Assembly: GCA_973851085.1 (NCBI GenBank)
Contig: OZ316776.1
Span: 9,548,001 to 9,612,000, forward strand
Source of the DNA: Ptychomitrium polyphyllum
Lineage: Eukaryota
Length of the DNA stretch: 64,000 bases
Direction of reading: 5' to 3'
Shown here piece after piece: positions 12,848-26,949 of this stretch. The stretch's first letter is position 1. Each line of letters begins with the position of its first letter. The translations under genes and the position numbers were made by a program. The notes below the pieces were generated by a model. The model saw only the letters and a program-made list of their open reading frames with translations. It did no database searches and had not been told where the DNA came from.

Positions 12848-15800
12848 ATGGACAGGAAAATTCACTTCCCAGACTGCAAGTGGGGAGCTGCATGCTATCG
12901 GACAAATCCTGAGCACTTGCTGGAGTTTCGGCATCCTATGTCAGGGACAGAGGCCAATAGCTCAAAAGCTATTGAGATTACACCTTCTCAGCTGCCAGGT
13001 ACCTTTATAATTGTTATCCGTTCTTATGAACGTTGGCCAATTTGAAACAGCGTATGGCTCAATACGAATATTTTAGTGTGTTTGTACTTGAGTAGTTGGT
13101 ATAATGAAGATCTAATGTCCCCATTTACTTTACTTTGAAAAATCAGAAAGAAGTGTTCCTTGAAGGTTAGGGTAGGCCCTAGTTTCTTTTTTAAGCTATG
13201 TTATTTATTGATAAGGTTTTATTAATTAGGTCGTAGGGTCTGTTACCCTCTGGAATTGATTCCTGAAGGGGAACCTATTTTTTTTCCGGTTGTTTACTCA
13301 TTACTTGCATCTACAGCTCTGGCAATCTCGAGTGTACAGGGGTCAACTGACAGGACGGACTTGGTACTTTTGATGCTAATCGGTCCGCCAGGGGCTGGCA
13401 AAAGCACGGTTTGTCAAAAAATCATCCAATGTGCAGCTCGGCCTTGGACTCGTGTTTGCCAGGTTTGTTGTACCTTATTGAAGCATATCCTTTCAGCAAT
13501 AGAAACTTATTACGAGGTAGCTGGAGCAGATAGAGATCTTCTTTGTGTGTATAATTATGAGATGCCCTATTTGGTGAAGACTTATGGAAATGCTCCTTGC
13601 TTTGTAAGTTTCTTTGCGGCTCCTTTTCCTACTATTATTTACATCTAGGCTGCTAATTTCAATCATGTTCTTCTCACATTTTTGCAAAATCTTTTTGATG
13701 TTTCACAGGATGTAATTTCAAATGGTAAGCGTGGCACCAAAGCACAGTGTCTAAAGATTGCAGGCACTGCACTCTCCACTGGACGCAGCGTTCTTATAGA
13801 TCGTTGCAACATAGATGTGACCCAACGTCAGGAGTTTCTTGTGTTAGCAAATGAGAGAGGGGTTCAAGCTCATGCCCTGGTTATCAATCTTCCATTAAGC
13901 GTGTGCATCCAGCGAGCTTCCCAACGCACCGACCACGAGGGAGGGTTGGAAGGTTCAGGTGTTGGAGGAGTGGTGACCCGCGTTTCACAGTCACGAATTC
14001 CTCCCACTTTAGAAGAAGGTTTCGTAAGGATCACTTACTGTAGGACAGACACAGAACTAGAGAAAACTGTAGTACTCTATTCCCAGCTGGACATCAGGGG
14101 TCATTTACCCTTAGGTGTATTCGGTGCTAATGTTCAGGAAGGAAAAGGGACGTTACGGGCACTTCTTCAAAACGGCAACAAGGAGTTGAAGCCAAAATCC
14201 ACAAGTCAGCTACAAGCAATGGATACCAAGGGTGAAGATATAGATGGGGCTAGTTTCCTTGCATTTCCTTCTATATCAACAGCAGATTTCCAATTTGATC
14301 ATGAGATGGCAGCAAATATTATTGTGGAAACGGTTGTTGAGTTTCACAAAAACCCAGGCCACGCCGGGCTTAGATTCGTATTCGTGGATCTATTTGGTAC
14401 TTCTGACATGCTATGTCGGGTTTCTAAGAAGGCTGCCGAAGCTGGCGTGTCATCACTGCAGCTCCGCATTCATGCTGGCGACATAACCAAGCTGCGCACA
14501 TCAGGAGGACCCCAGTGTAATTTTATTGCTAACGCAACGAATTGGTAATATCTCATCATCATTTTCTTAGATTGGTCTGATTTCATTGATTGGCACGCTC
14601 GCGACTACTCCTTCAAAATTTCTTTTTCAGGTCCTGTCCAGTGACACGTATGTATGACTGAGTTAATACGGTCGATGCATTTTTAGGAGATTGAAACCAG
14701 GTGGTGGTGGAGTAAATGCAGCCATTTTCGAGGCTGCTGGTTCTCAGTTCGAAGTAGCAACCAAAGAAGTTGCAAAAACCCTTCAACCAGGAGATGCTGT
14801 GGCAGTTTCTGTACCTCCTACAAGCCCGCTACGGAGGGTCGAAGGAGTAACGCATGTTATTCATGTGCTTGGCCCGAATATGAATCAACTGAGACCAAAT
14901 TCTCTTGCTGGGGATTACAAACAAGGTTGCCAAATATTACGCAACGCATATAGTAACCTTCTCAAGGTCTTTGTATCAATTGCGCTGAAGGATAAAAAAT
15001 CCTCAAAAGCTCTCCAGAAGCCGTTGGAAGTTAAAGATCAATCCGATACAAAAGACTCATTGAAAGCACCACCTAAAAATGCCTTCACATTCTTGATGCA
15101 ATCTGCTAAGCGGAAAGGCTTAGGAGATTTGGATCTTCAACAGAAACGGGAGCGGCCTGTTGTGGAGGATAGTAAGAAAAACGATGAAGCTGTCGACAAG
15201 GAAAGCACTAAGACGAATGCAGATATTGACATGGTGGATTCAAGCACTCAGCCCGTGCAACATTCTAGGTGCCCCCCTTTATTTTGTTCACTAAAACATG
15301 CTCAGAGTGACGAATGTGACCACACGTTTTTGAACTTAAAACCACCTGTTTTACTTCGAGTTCTATTTGGAAAAATTGATCATAATATTCATGTTCATCT
15401 ATATGGATGTTACTTCGATTTGATGATTTCTAATACATTTTGTTCAACCTTCGATGTGAAACTATTGTCTAACCTTCCAAACTTATTCACCTTATGGCCG
15501 CCTTTTGGGTGCACCTTAGCATGCAGGTACTTTTCACATTTAAAGTCACAATCATTGTCAGGATTCAAAATCATTTTAAGTGTTATGAGTATTTTTGAAG
15601 GTGGTTTGCACTGTGTTTGCAGGGAAGGGAAAGCTTTAGGGGACGTTCAGGCCACGTTCAAGAAAACTAGTGATGATAGAAAAGCTGAAAAGTGGGGATC
15701 ATGGGCCCAGGAATTGCGGAATATTGCCTTGCATCCCGCGAAACATTCTCCTGCTGCTCTGGAAATCACAGAGGAGGCTGTTGTTATCCCTGATAAGTTT

Positions 15801-16943
15801 GCCAAGGTATTTGATGTCAGTCTTTATCTTCAATTGAACCTTCTTATTTGTAGGATTGTGGTTGCTCCAATTTCCTGTTGCTGACAACTTTGCTGCATAA
15901 GCGATGAGAAAGATCTGGTTCACTGACCAACTAGGTTCATGCGTTAGCCCTTTTCACAGCTAATGTTGTTCAAGTGAGGTTTACGTGGAGTTAGTTTCAA
16001 GTTTCTTAACACTATTCTTATCTTTTGCGAAATTTATTCCTCGATTAGGCTTCGGTATTAAAATGACATGTAGTTGAACGGAGTGGAAGTCTTGAGTGTA
16101 TGAAGTTTCTTTAGCTGATTTGCTGATTAGAGTTATGTTGAAGAACATGAATCTAGTGACACTGTTTGCACTTTAACTTGGTTCAGATTTTGAGCAGATG
16201 GTTACATCTACATGTTGATTCAGATTTAGTGGCAGATACATGGACAGTCTTTTTATATTTCTGTGGAAAATTTACTGAAGTACTAAATGTGACAGGCTAA
16301 GAAGCATTTGCTGATCATTGCAAGAAGAGATGGATTAGACTCGATCGAGGATGTTGGCTCTCAGCATCTGCCTGTGCTAAAGCATATGCATTCCCTTGGC
16401 GAGACTTGGGCAAGGCGGTATGTTGACGAGGACCTAACGTTAGTGTTTCGCCTTGGGTACCACTGGGTAAGCTACATTCAATTTTTACAAAACCTCTGTT
16501 GAATGCTTTCCTAGTCGATTCATTCAACATTGTATAATTTTCTCAAACAGTGTAGGGTGGCCCAATTTCTCACATTAGTATCAGGTCAGTGATTCCATGT
16601 GCCTTGCATTCGCATTGTATTTTCTCAGGTGCCATCAATGCGACAATTGCACATGCATGTAATAAGTCAAGACTTCGACTCTCCCAACCTCAAGAACAAG
16701 AAACACTGGAACTCGTTCACCACTGGATTTTTTCGGGACTCACACGACGTTTTGGCCGAAGTGGAAGAGCAGGGGCAAGTCGTGCCTTGTGGTTCTGAAA
16801 TAGGGGGAAAGTTTATGAAAATGGAGCTTCGTTGCCACCGATGCCGGAGCGCACAGCCCAATATGCCTCGACTGAAGGCCCACCTGCTGAACTGCAGGGT
16901 TTCTTTGGAACGCCCTTTTCTCATTACCTCTTCCCATGCATGA
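12848..16943 (+). CDS. APTX: Aprataxin-like multidomain DNA-repair protein (PBZ zinc finger, AAA_33/PNK-like P-loop kinase, macrodomain, HIT, zinc finger); homolog of Arabidopsis APTX/bHLH140
   Basis: Seven in-phase GT-AG exons: 12848-12998, 13317-13462, 13709-14544, 14687-15268, 15623-15806, 16296-16466, 16629-16943. Motifs: CKWGAACYRTNPEHLLEFRH, GPPGAGKST, VLIDRCN, GDIT…IANATNWRLKPGGGGVNAAIF, LGYHW-VPSMRQLHMHVISQDF, CHRC…H…C. Confidence 0.93.
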
Positions 16944-18568
16944 CGGTTTAGTGATCCTGCAGACGTTGCACAGGCTTGGAACTCACTCTTCTGTTACTGC
17001 TTCAGCGATTTCAGGTTCTCAGTGGGTTTCATTTTGCTAAGAAAGAAAAGTTACTATTAATGCTTCTTGGCAGTCACTGAAGAATCGTCGTGCTTGGTTC
17101 CAAGTTGATAGGTGATGAGGTCAGTTTATCCGGAACTTGAGACATCACTCTGTTCGATCTATTGCAGAGTAAATTCCTGAATGACATTAAGGGTTGGAGA
17201 AGAAGTTTAGGAAATGCAGGCAGTGTGTATTTGTAAATAAGTTTTGCTCCGCTGTATTTACAAAATAAATGTCTATTTTTAGACGTCATTATCTGGCCGA
17301 AGCCCATTGCACAATATGCGCTTTCTAGAATTCTGCATTGTTTGAAAGATGAACCACAAGTATGGCTCTGGTCTTTTATGTACCGCTGGTGTATATTTTT
17401 TAAAGAACTATTCATGTCAAGGTTGGATAAGTGAAACCTATTTCAATAACAAATATTGTCATGATTTTTACGATTTTTACTATAATACACTTCTGTAGGT
17501 ATACTTCTTTAATACACTTCTTTAGAATAAAATATGAACTTAAAAGGAGCTTGCATTAGGTTACGTAATGATATATATAATGTTCATTTAAAACACAAGA
17601 GCAATTTGAATTCTACTGATTCTTCTAATACTAGTAAATATTATGTGGTTAATGTTAATTTTCCATTTAAGAGGTTGTTAATAAATTTCAAACAAAAATC
17701 TGAAGAATATGTAATTGCTTTTAAGTGTAATTCAACCATAAAAAAACCATGAAGGATAGGAAAATCGTAACTTATTTCACTAACTAATACAAGAGATTTA
17801 AAAAAAGTTAATTTTTCTTTTTATTTCCTGTGTATTAAATTTTTTCAAATAATCTCAAATCTTCATGTAATTTCCAATACATTGCTATATTATAGGATTT
17901 ATATGCTTCTTTGTATAAATATATAAATCAACTTCACAAAAACTTTTGAAATTAGTTTTATTTCACTTATAGGTTGTTTATCTAGTCGTGTTCAAAATAT
18001 GTGATTATATAATTATAGAATGCAATATACATGGCACTATTAAATATGATGGTTGCTTAGAACACTTTTTAATACAATCTTTGCAATGTATTGATTTTTC
18101 CACCACTACAAAAGAATATCCACTTCTAAGAAGCTCCATGTCCAATTGGGCAAGGACCACATCTTCTTGCATAAGATTCTCCTTTGTCTCACAATTATCA
18201 AGTGTGTTGCAAACACCTTGACTTTCATTCTTTAAATTCATATAACACATGTTTGCAACATTTAGTTCATCAAATGTTAAGCTCACAATATCAAGCTACT
18301 AGATTTCAATGTGAAAATGCACCATCAAATCCACTTCCAAATCACAAGGCTACATCTTGAGAGTTCTGCAATAATTCATAAGTTTTATGTAATATTCTGA
18401 AATCTGAAATCTGAAATTTTCACGGTGAAAAAGCCACAGGATTAGGGGTCCCAAAGGGAATGGAGAATTCTGTTGTGCATCCTGACCACATCCTTCAGCA
18501 CGGCCACAGACCTCCGTCCTGTACAAACATTCTCATGAAGAGAACAAACTCCTAAACCCACACCCCCA

Positions 18569-18588
18569 CACGTGGCATTCCACGTGGC
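18569..18588 (+). promoter_or_regulatory. Tandem G-box/ABRE pair (CACGTGGC x2) upstream of the Cu/Zn-SOD gene
   Basis: cacgtggcattccacgtggc, with CCTAAACCCACACC copies on either side (18551, 18595). Confidence 0.5.
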
Positions 18589-19735
18589 CACCCTCCTAAA
18601 CCCACACCACCACAGGATCCTTCACCCAACCGAACCAGGCGCCTCAGAACATGCATGGAACATCTAAACCCGGAACCATACCCGGACACACTTCCGCGAT
18701 ACTCCGACATACTCACATAACCGAGCACTCCATACCCTCCTATACTACCGTAACATACAGGCAATACCTGGGCAAGCGGTAGAATTTTCTTACCGTGTGC
18801 AGTGAAAACACCCTGAAGGAAAAATTCATGCTCCCAACTACACCCCACTCCCTGAACTCCACCCCATTCTGAGACACCTCTTCAGAATGAGCCACACCCG
18901 TAGATCCTATCACTGCCGAGACACTGACCCCCTTCCCAAGGTCACAGTTTTTCCCTTCCCGGAGGATAAGGTCCCCCTCCTCTCCCAATCCTCCACTTCC
19001 CATACCCCCACCTTGGGATTCTTCACCTGTATCCTTTGCACCACTTCTCACCGGACTGTGTTTCTCTGGGAGCTTTCAGGTGGGTTGGTTGGCTGCCTGC
19101 GCCTCTGGTACCGCTTTGTGCCGCCAAGGTGCTCGCTTGGCTTGCGATTCCATGCCCTGGGAGGTTTGGGGAGCATCTGGGATCAGAAAAGTGAAGTCTT
19201 TGGTGGTTGCATGGTGTGTGCGTGCCTTGCATGTCTAGCTTCTGGGTTGAGGCGGGTGGGTGCAGGATATGGACTTTCTTCTTTGGGGCCTGGAGTGTAT
19301 GCTTCTGGGTGGAGGTTGTGGAGGTTGGGTGCATGTTGTGTGGTTTGAGGTTTCCTTTTTGTGATGTGGAGTTCGGTGGTATTGATGGTTTCGGTTTTTG
19401 GATGTTTTTGTTGATGGTTTTTGGATGAAGGTGGGAGTTTCGGTGTTTGTAGGGCCGCTTGTTTGCATTGTCGTGGATTTGGTGTTGAAGGGCGTTGTTG
19501 TGGAGAACGAATGATCGGGGTGGTATCTTGAGTGTTTAGGATGGAGGATTTGAGGACTGGTTTAAGTTCTGATTCAGATAGGGTAAGGTACGGAGGGGTG
19601 ATTAGTTGGAGATTTTGTGCTTGGAGGTTATGGAGCTAGTAGTGTGATTCGGTTGAATGCATTCTTGACCTAACGAAGAATCCGTGTTGGTGAATCAGGA
19701 TTTGATAATTGTTAAGGGGTGAATTAGTATTCTGT

Positions 19736-22165
19736 ATGCAAGCACTAGTTGCAGCGATGGCGGCCACAGCAATGACGATGTCCACCCTCTCTACTTCCCT
19801 TGTGGCGCCCACTGTGGCGGCCTCCCAGTCCGCCTTCCAAGGCGTAGCTGTGCGTGTGAGCCACATGCCGATGCTGGGCATGGCGAAGAGTCGCTCCCTC
19901 ACTATCACTGCAGCTACCAAGAAGGCAGTGGCTGTGCTCAAGGGAAGTTCCAATGTGGAGGGTGTTGTTACCCTTCTTCAGGAAGATGATGGTGAGTGGT
20001 GGGCTTCCTTGCATCACCCACATTTTCATCTGGTTACTCATCCTTCATTCTTTGCAAATCAGTGGGTACCGTCACATTGTGACTAAATTGTATTAAAAAG
20101 TATATAGTACCTTTTAGAGTTGTAATCAGAACGACCGTCCATTGTATTGAACTTTCTGGGCTGTCTGGTCTTTGGGTTTTGAATTTTACTTCCTCCTTGA
20201 CAGTTCAACCCTGAAACGAGTGTGGATGAGATACTTATGCGATATTGAGTTGAAAGGTACTTGCTTATCCTAGTAATTATTGAGTAATAGCTCTAATTAT
20301 GTTCCCTTGTGATGTGCAGGTGCAACAAAAGTCAATGTGAAGATCACTGGCCTGACTCCCGGCAAGCATGGGTTTCATCTTGTACGCCATCTTTCTTCGG
20401 GCTTTCTGTTTTGTAGATTCTCATTATATTCTTTCAAGAATCCTGTTCTTGCATTTAGCAATTTGATTAGTGTTGAGAAAGCAATTCGCAATGACACTCT
20501 TCGCTTTCGAGCGACAAATTTACAGCTCTATTATGAGTTTAATTCGTATGAGATTACAGTGGTGTGAATACTTGAAGGTTATACCTTTTGTTTTAGTACC
20601 TGTGGGCAGTAATTTTGGACTGTGTTGTATCTCTTTGAACATTTTCCACATCATCTTGTTTATCTTGGTAATTTCTGATAGTTCTCTGTGGGCATAACAG
20701 TCGCAATTTGTACGGTTCTTACTTGTCTCTTTATGTTGAGAGAGTTGACCGTGTAGGCGCTGACGAGATGTTTGTGATATTGTGATATTGCAGCACGAGT
20801 TCGGTGACACAACCAATGGCTGCTTGTCGACTGGTAAGTTATGCCTTGTTATTCGTATTTTTAAGGGATCTACTTGAAATATTTCGATTTTTGCAGCTGG
20901 TGCTTGTTTGTAGCATAGAAGCATTGTGTGTGTTTTGTGTTGTTGCAGTAATGTTCAGAATCTCTTGAGCTTGGACAGGTAGGAGGTGTAAAATTCTGGG
21001 GTTGACACTGAGGTTCTGGTACATCCAATTTTTTACTCCATGGTTCTGAAAACTTGCGGGAATTATCCTACAGGTCCTCATTTTAATCCGGAGGGCAAGA
21101 CACACGGTGCCCCAGAGGATGGCAACCGCCACGCAGGAGACTTGGGCAATGTTGTAGCTGGTGACGATGGTAAAGTTTCAACCTAAAATGGACTGTATGT
21201 ATGAATTGTTGATATCCTTCACTTCGTCACTTCCACTGCAGCTTTAGTTTATGTGTCACGTTCCAGGGCATCGAAATTGGGCATGATGAACTCTTGTTGT
21301 TTGGACTCATTGCAGGTGTTGTAGAGGTCGAACTTCAGGACTCTCAAATTCCTTTGTCTGGTCCCAACTCTGTAGTTGGACGGGCACTCGTCATCCATGA
21401 AGCGGAAGACGATCTTGGAAAGGGTGAGCAAACCAAATGTGCCCTGCAACCACCAATTGAATAATTGAAATTCTTTCTATTCAGCTGATTTTGAATTAGT
21501 ACATTATAGATTGACTGGAATCCTTTTAATGAGATTATCAACACCTTCAAATTAGTCCACAGTAATCACTTAATGGGGTTGCCTCAAAAATACTACGTTC
21601 TGAAGGATAAAGTGAGAAATGGTCTTCTGTGCCACCCTCTAATGTGCTCTTCTTAGGTGTAGACTAGTAAGAAGTGATTATGCGTCATGAACATCGAAGC
21701 TGACTTCCAATTTATAATAAAAGTAAGTTGGTTTGGGGAGTTGCGGCTGGAATATGACAATACATGAGATTAGGGATCCACTGAGAGCTTTTGTCTGCTT
21801 CTTGATCTCATAGTGGAACTTTGCGCTAACTCTTGTCTTAAAGGGAAGTATGCGTGGTAAATTGTGATAGTCACTGTGAATCGAACAATTCGTGACAGTT
21901 GCATATCATGATTGACAGGTGGCCATGAGCTCAGCTCAACAACAGGAAATGCAGGAGGTCGTCTGGCTTGCGGTACTAACCTTCAACTATATCCCCGGAT
22001 TCATTGAATTCAATTCTCTGTTGAGATACAGAATTTAGACTTCTGTTTTGTATTTGCTCTTTCACGCATATCTATATTCTGAACCTATGTTATCTATGTA
22101 AAACTCTGAAACTTAGGTTCTCCTCCGTGATGTGTGCAGGTGTCGTGGGACTAACACCACTGTAA
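19736..22165 (+). CDS. CSD2: Plastid Cu/Zn superoxide dismutase
   Basis: Exons 19736 (or 19757)-19991, 20320-20381, 20794-20833, 21074-21169, 21316-21423, 21919-21972, 22140-22165. Ser/Thr/Ala-rich transit peptide, then [65 protein letters not shown]. Confidence 0.97.
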
Positions 22166-25100
22166 GTACTTTAGCTTGCAGTTTGTAAGGGTCTACTCCA
22201 ACTCATCCCTCTTACATATAAACGGGGAGTTATGTCGTCAGGTTGCCTGTACACTGTGGAGAGATTCGTATGGAGTTAATAATCTCCACCTTTTTGTCGG
22301 CGTTTTAGTCTTAAACATATTTCCTGACTGGCACCGAGGGAGTGGTTGTGGAGGCCCATATTGTAGAGATGCGCAAGTATTTACACTGTACCTTCGACGT
22401 GAACGTGAATATCATTCATTTGCCAAGCTTCTTGCGTAACAAACATTTCATTTTCCAAATGCTTAAGTCATTTTTGAGAAATCTGTTCCTTTGCATTCAT
22501 TGTCACATACCTTTATTATCACTTGTTAATTTTCTACTTTTCAAGGTTTAAGTGAGTTACTAAGTGCTAAAGAATGTTATGTCTAGGGTTTTGGTTTTTA
22601 TGGTCATGTAACATATAATCACAAATCTTATATATCTTCATAGGTTGAGAAGAGTCTAAGTTTCTTATATGCTTTTTATACATGTATGTAAGGGTTACGA
22701 AGATAATATACCATGTGCTATCTAGATTACATCTAGGGAAGCTTGACAGTTGACTTCTGTTCATCTTCTCTTTCCGAAAATTCTTCGTACCAATTACCTA
22801 GCTCATCTTTTTTTCCAAACAAGCGGGTTAAGATCACACTAAAATAATAAATTGCTGGTCTAGGGTATGGTTATGTAAAAAAATTATTGTGAAAAACAAA
22901 GCGGAGTTAATCTGTGTGATGTATTGTACAATCCTGGGAGTCCTGGGTGTGGCTGATGCAGCTGTAACCAGTTCAACTTTTGTAGCTTTTGAGGGTGTGT
23001 TATTGGACCGCACAGCATGTACATACCTTTTAGAGTGTGGATGATGTCAACTCTACACTAAAGAGTTATATGTATACTCATCTTTTCTACTCTAGAAAGG
23101 TCATTATTAATCCAAGATTAATATACTGAAATATATGTACCAATAAAGTGGGTAGTTTTTTTGGTACCGAAGTATGTGCTTCAATCTAAAACATAAATGA
23201 TATGGAGGAGATGAAATTGCTTATGAAATTATGATTGAAAAAAGGGCAAATTTATAATTAACGATTAATGTAACTTGTATGGTGTAGCTTAAAAGATGAA
23301 TTTAGAAGATATGTATTTATATCTAACTTATTTGATAGCATCATAGATGTTGTCGTAATGAAGATTGAAAAGTTGCCCACATTGTTAACAAGTACTCACA
23401 TAATCAATTCATGCATTCTATAAACCTAGATTTTGAACCTTCCAGTAGATTTCTATTACATAGTTTAATGGCAGAGATATTGTCCAAAATGATGTTTTTT
23501 TTTATCATATTGTTGAATTAATTATGGATCAATTTAAGTACAAAAATAACAAAGAACGGTAGATGAATTGTTAAAGGCTTAAATAAAACATTGAAGGAAA
23601 ATTATAAAAAGCATAAATTCTTAATTCCAAATGTTGACTTTAAGATTTAAAAGATTCAATACTAAATTGTTAAGTTAAAATCAAATTAGTATAATGAAAT
23701 TTTGAAAGTTCTTCAAAAGTTTTGAAATCTTATGAAAAGGAGGATTTATAGCCTATAGAATCAAACCAGAAATTAGAAAACTATCACCTTTTTAGGGTTT
23801 ATAACTTACCCAGGGCTAGCCAATGCTAGATCTAACAAGGCCATAAACGGCTCGAGTGTGAAAAGGATTAATTGCTCCGTTTTCAGTACTGCTGCCATTC
23901 CTAGGCTTCCCTTCCTCAACGAGAGCCTTTGATCTTTCCACCACAGCATCTTTACGGCCCATGTAAAGATAAAGAGTCGGCTATTCATGTACACAGTACA
24001 AGAGTCAACCTCCTCATTCCTTCCACTGTGAAGCCATGCATGGAGCATGATTCTTGTGTCAGTGGATTCCTTTGTTGCCCACACTGTGCTTTTCGGGTGA
24101 ATGAACCTTACAATCAACACTTTGCTTGCTGTGTATGTTGAAATTGTTAAGTCTTACATAATTTGGGTTGAAAAGAATGGGCAATTCAGCACGGATCTCA
24201 GAGCACTATGGTTCAAACAAACTTGAGAACCTGTCATTAAAATTGTAACCATAAAAAGTTTCTTCGCTGAGCTACCTTGAAGCAACAGTAGACCATATAA
24301 ACTGAGAACTGTACCAGGATGACAAACTACTTCTAAAAACGGTCAATAGAAAGAAGAAACATCCAACAATAGTTGTTACAGTGTAGTGGGTCACTTTATG
24401 TTTCATTCATTTAGAAGTTTGAGTATCTGACCAATCATATCACTCAAATAATCAAAATATAACAAAAATATCTTTTTTCATGAGGAAAAAGAGAAGGTGT
24501 AAGGCGGCCGTCAATACTGGCACCACTTTGAATTCAAATATAATTTCACTAATACAGCGCATTCTTTTTTCCTAATATTCGCACATGCACTTATTGATTA
24601 TATAATTTCAACAAGTAAATACTTTTACTTTTACTTTTAGGTTTATATGAGTCCTTCAACCTTTGAGTAAGAAAGTAACATAAGTGGGAATTCATGAGAA
24701 ACAGAAGTATAAAAATCGGTACCACTAACAGAATTCCAGCAGCAATAAAGATGAGACTTGAGAATGTGCATGTACATTATGAGGTACAGTTAACAGGTTC
24801 TGAATGGGAGTATGACCACAAAGTCTGCCTTTGAACCAAATTTATGCATTCAGTCTGCACAGCAAAAATCTTGATTGCTGTTATCCAATTCTGAGCGGTT
24901 CAGCTGGGCCCCAGCTGTGGTGGCAAAGGTTGAGCTCCAATTCTCTGGGAAGAATTGTTGGAGACCCAAGAGCTTGGAACTTGGGAACAATTCATGTGTC
25001 AGACTTGACAGGGTTTTATCATATAACAGATTTCCTGTAACTGTAGTTTTAAGCAATTTGGCATGTGGCATGATCCTCTGGAGCGATTGATGTGAAAAGT

Positions 25101-26949
25101 CTCCATTTCAGAAATGATGTTTTGATTAATGCAAACACAGTTTTAAAAACCATCTTGAATTTCTAGTAAATTGTTGAAATTGAAAGTAGTGGGGTTTTAA
25201 ATATGAGGTTAAGACTACCCAAATTCATGAAAGAAAAAAAATTTATGGCACCTTGAACTACTAGTTGGAGCTCTATGTCTTCTCCTTGGTGCATTTTATT
25301 TTTTAATGACAACTTGTCTTTTCTCCTTCAAGTTTTTAAGGGAGTTTCCAAAATTCAAGTATTATAGAATTGCTATATTATAATTATACATACAACTACA
25401 TCGATAGCTTTTTATTATTTGCAAAAAACAATCATTGATGCCAAAAGAGTCTTTAATAATGAAAAGTCTTTTTTTTTTCGCTCTAGCACTCTGCTAATAT
25501 AATATAAAGTAGGAATATAAAACTAGTTTTTTTTTTACAGAAAATAGATCTTTTACTAATGTATCCAACATTCAACAAAAAAAACAATTTATTTACATCA
25601 ATTCTTTTTAAGGTCTTAAATATTATTTTTGTTCTATTATGATTTCTTGGTGGTAGAAACTTATTGATGACATACATTCATAAATATTTTTGCTATTGGT
25701 TGACATACAAAAAGGATTTATTTACATTAAAGCTAAAACAAGAGCACAATCATATTTGACTAACATTTTATAAATTCAAGGTAGCCATAGGCTATATGAT
25801 TAGAATATGGATGTTATTAATCCAAAATCATTTACATTGTTAAAGTAGCAAAATTTGTTGGATACTTTCAAAGTATCTAAACCTTGCAAGTTTGAAATCA
25901 TACAAAATTACAAAGGTTATAATTTAAATTGTAATAAATAAGGATTTAATTTAATAAAACTAATAATGTGTAATTTAATATTTCTTGAAAAAAATTTGTA
26001 TTTCAAAATTTGTTAATGAACCATCTTCTTAAATTGTAGCAAGCACTTTATATGTATGTTAAATTAAAAATTAAGATGAATTTTTAAATAGTAGGGAAAG
26101 TAAAGGTGAATTAATTTTGAATTCTAAAATTTTAACCAATATAAATCCTTTCCATTGTCTCTTCAAAGATTCTATTTTCAAATTTAAGAATTTCACTTTA
26201 ATCATTCAAGATAAAATAGGCACAAATAACCCAATACAACCATGAATGGTCATTGTACAGGATATGAGATGTAATCAAAACCATGGTGGAGTGTGGAATG
26301 TATAGAAGATACAAACACTACTTATATCATTTAGAAATAACTCAATTTTAAAAAAAAGCTTTCAATAAAATGCTTGTTAATCTTCTATAACTTACGACCA
26401 CACTTTATAATGTGGCATTATATAGAATCTATTAAGCTCTATATTTTTTATACTCAATGTAATTGATTTCAAAAATTATACTACAAACAAATCAAGGTAA
26501 CATTTGGTAATATCATGGACATGATTAAAGGGCTCATTGCAAAGATGTTGTTTGTGGATTTTCTAATTTTAGATTTTTCCACCACAAGCATATTATATCT
26601 TTACTTAATGCCAGAAACAAAGTTTGGATAACCTCCACACACACACTGCATTCACACAATGACATACCAAGGCTTTAAGATTTGCTAAATTAATAACACC
26701 TCACAAAATCTTTTATATGTCCATGTGCATAGCAGATATAAAGCTGCAACATGAGTAGGAAGATGGCCCAGCCAAATTGGACAACAAATTACAATGAAAT
26801 ATTCCATTGTTTTTCACTATCCAGGCTGGGCAGCATGTACATCCAGCCATCATGGAAGTTCATGCTCCACTATGAGTAAAATCTGAGGCAATTAACTGAG
26901 GTAATAATTGTGATGTTAGAATGGCATCCATATATACATTTTGAGGTCA

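Noticed and set aside
17950..18400. Possible DNA-transposon coding remnant (minus ORF 18005-18286)
   Set aside because: AT-rich and coding-like, but I could not identify any diagnostic transposase motif.
18552..19468. ORFs of 70-150 aa upstream of the SOD gene
   Set aside because: C-rich then G/T-rich composition is typical of a promoter, 5' UTR and leader intron. The translations are compositionally biased with no homology signal.
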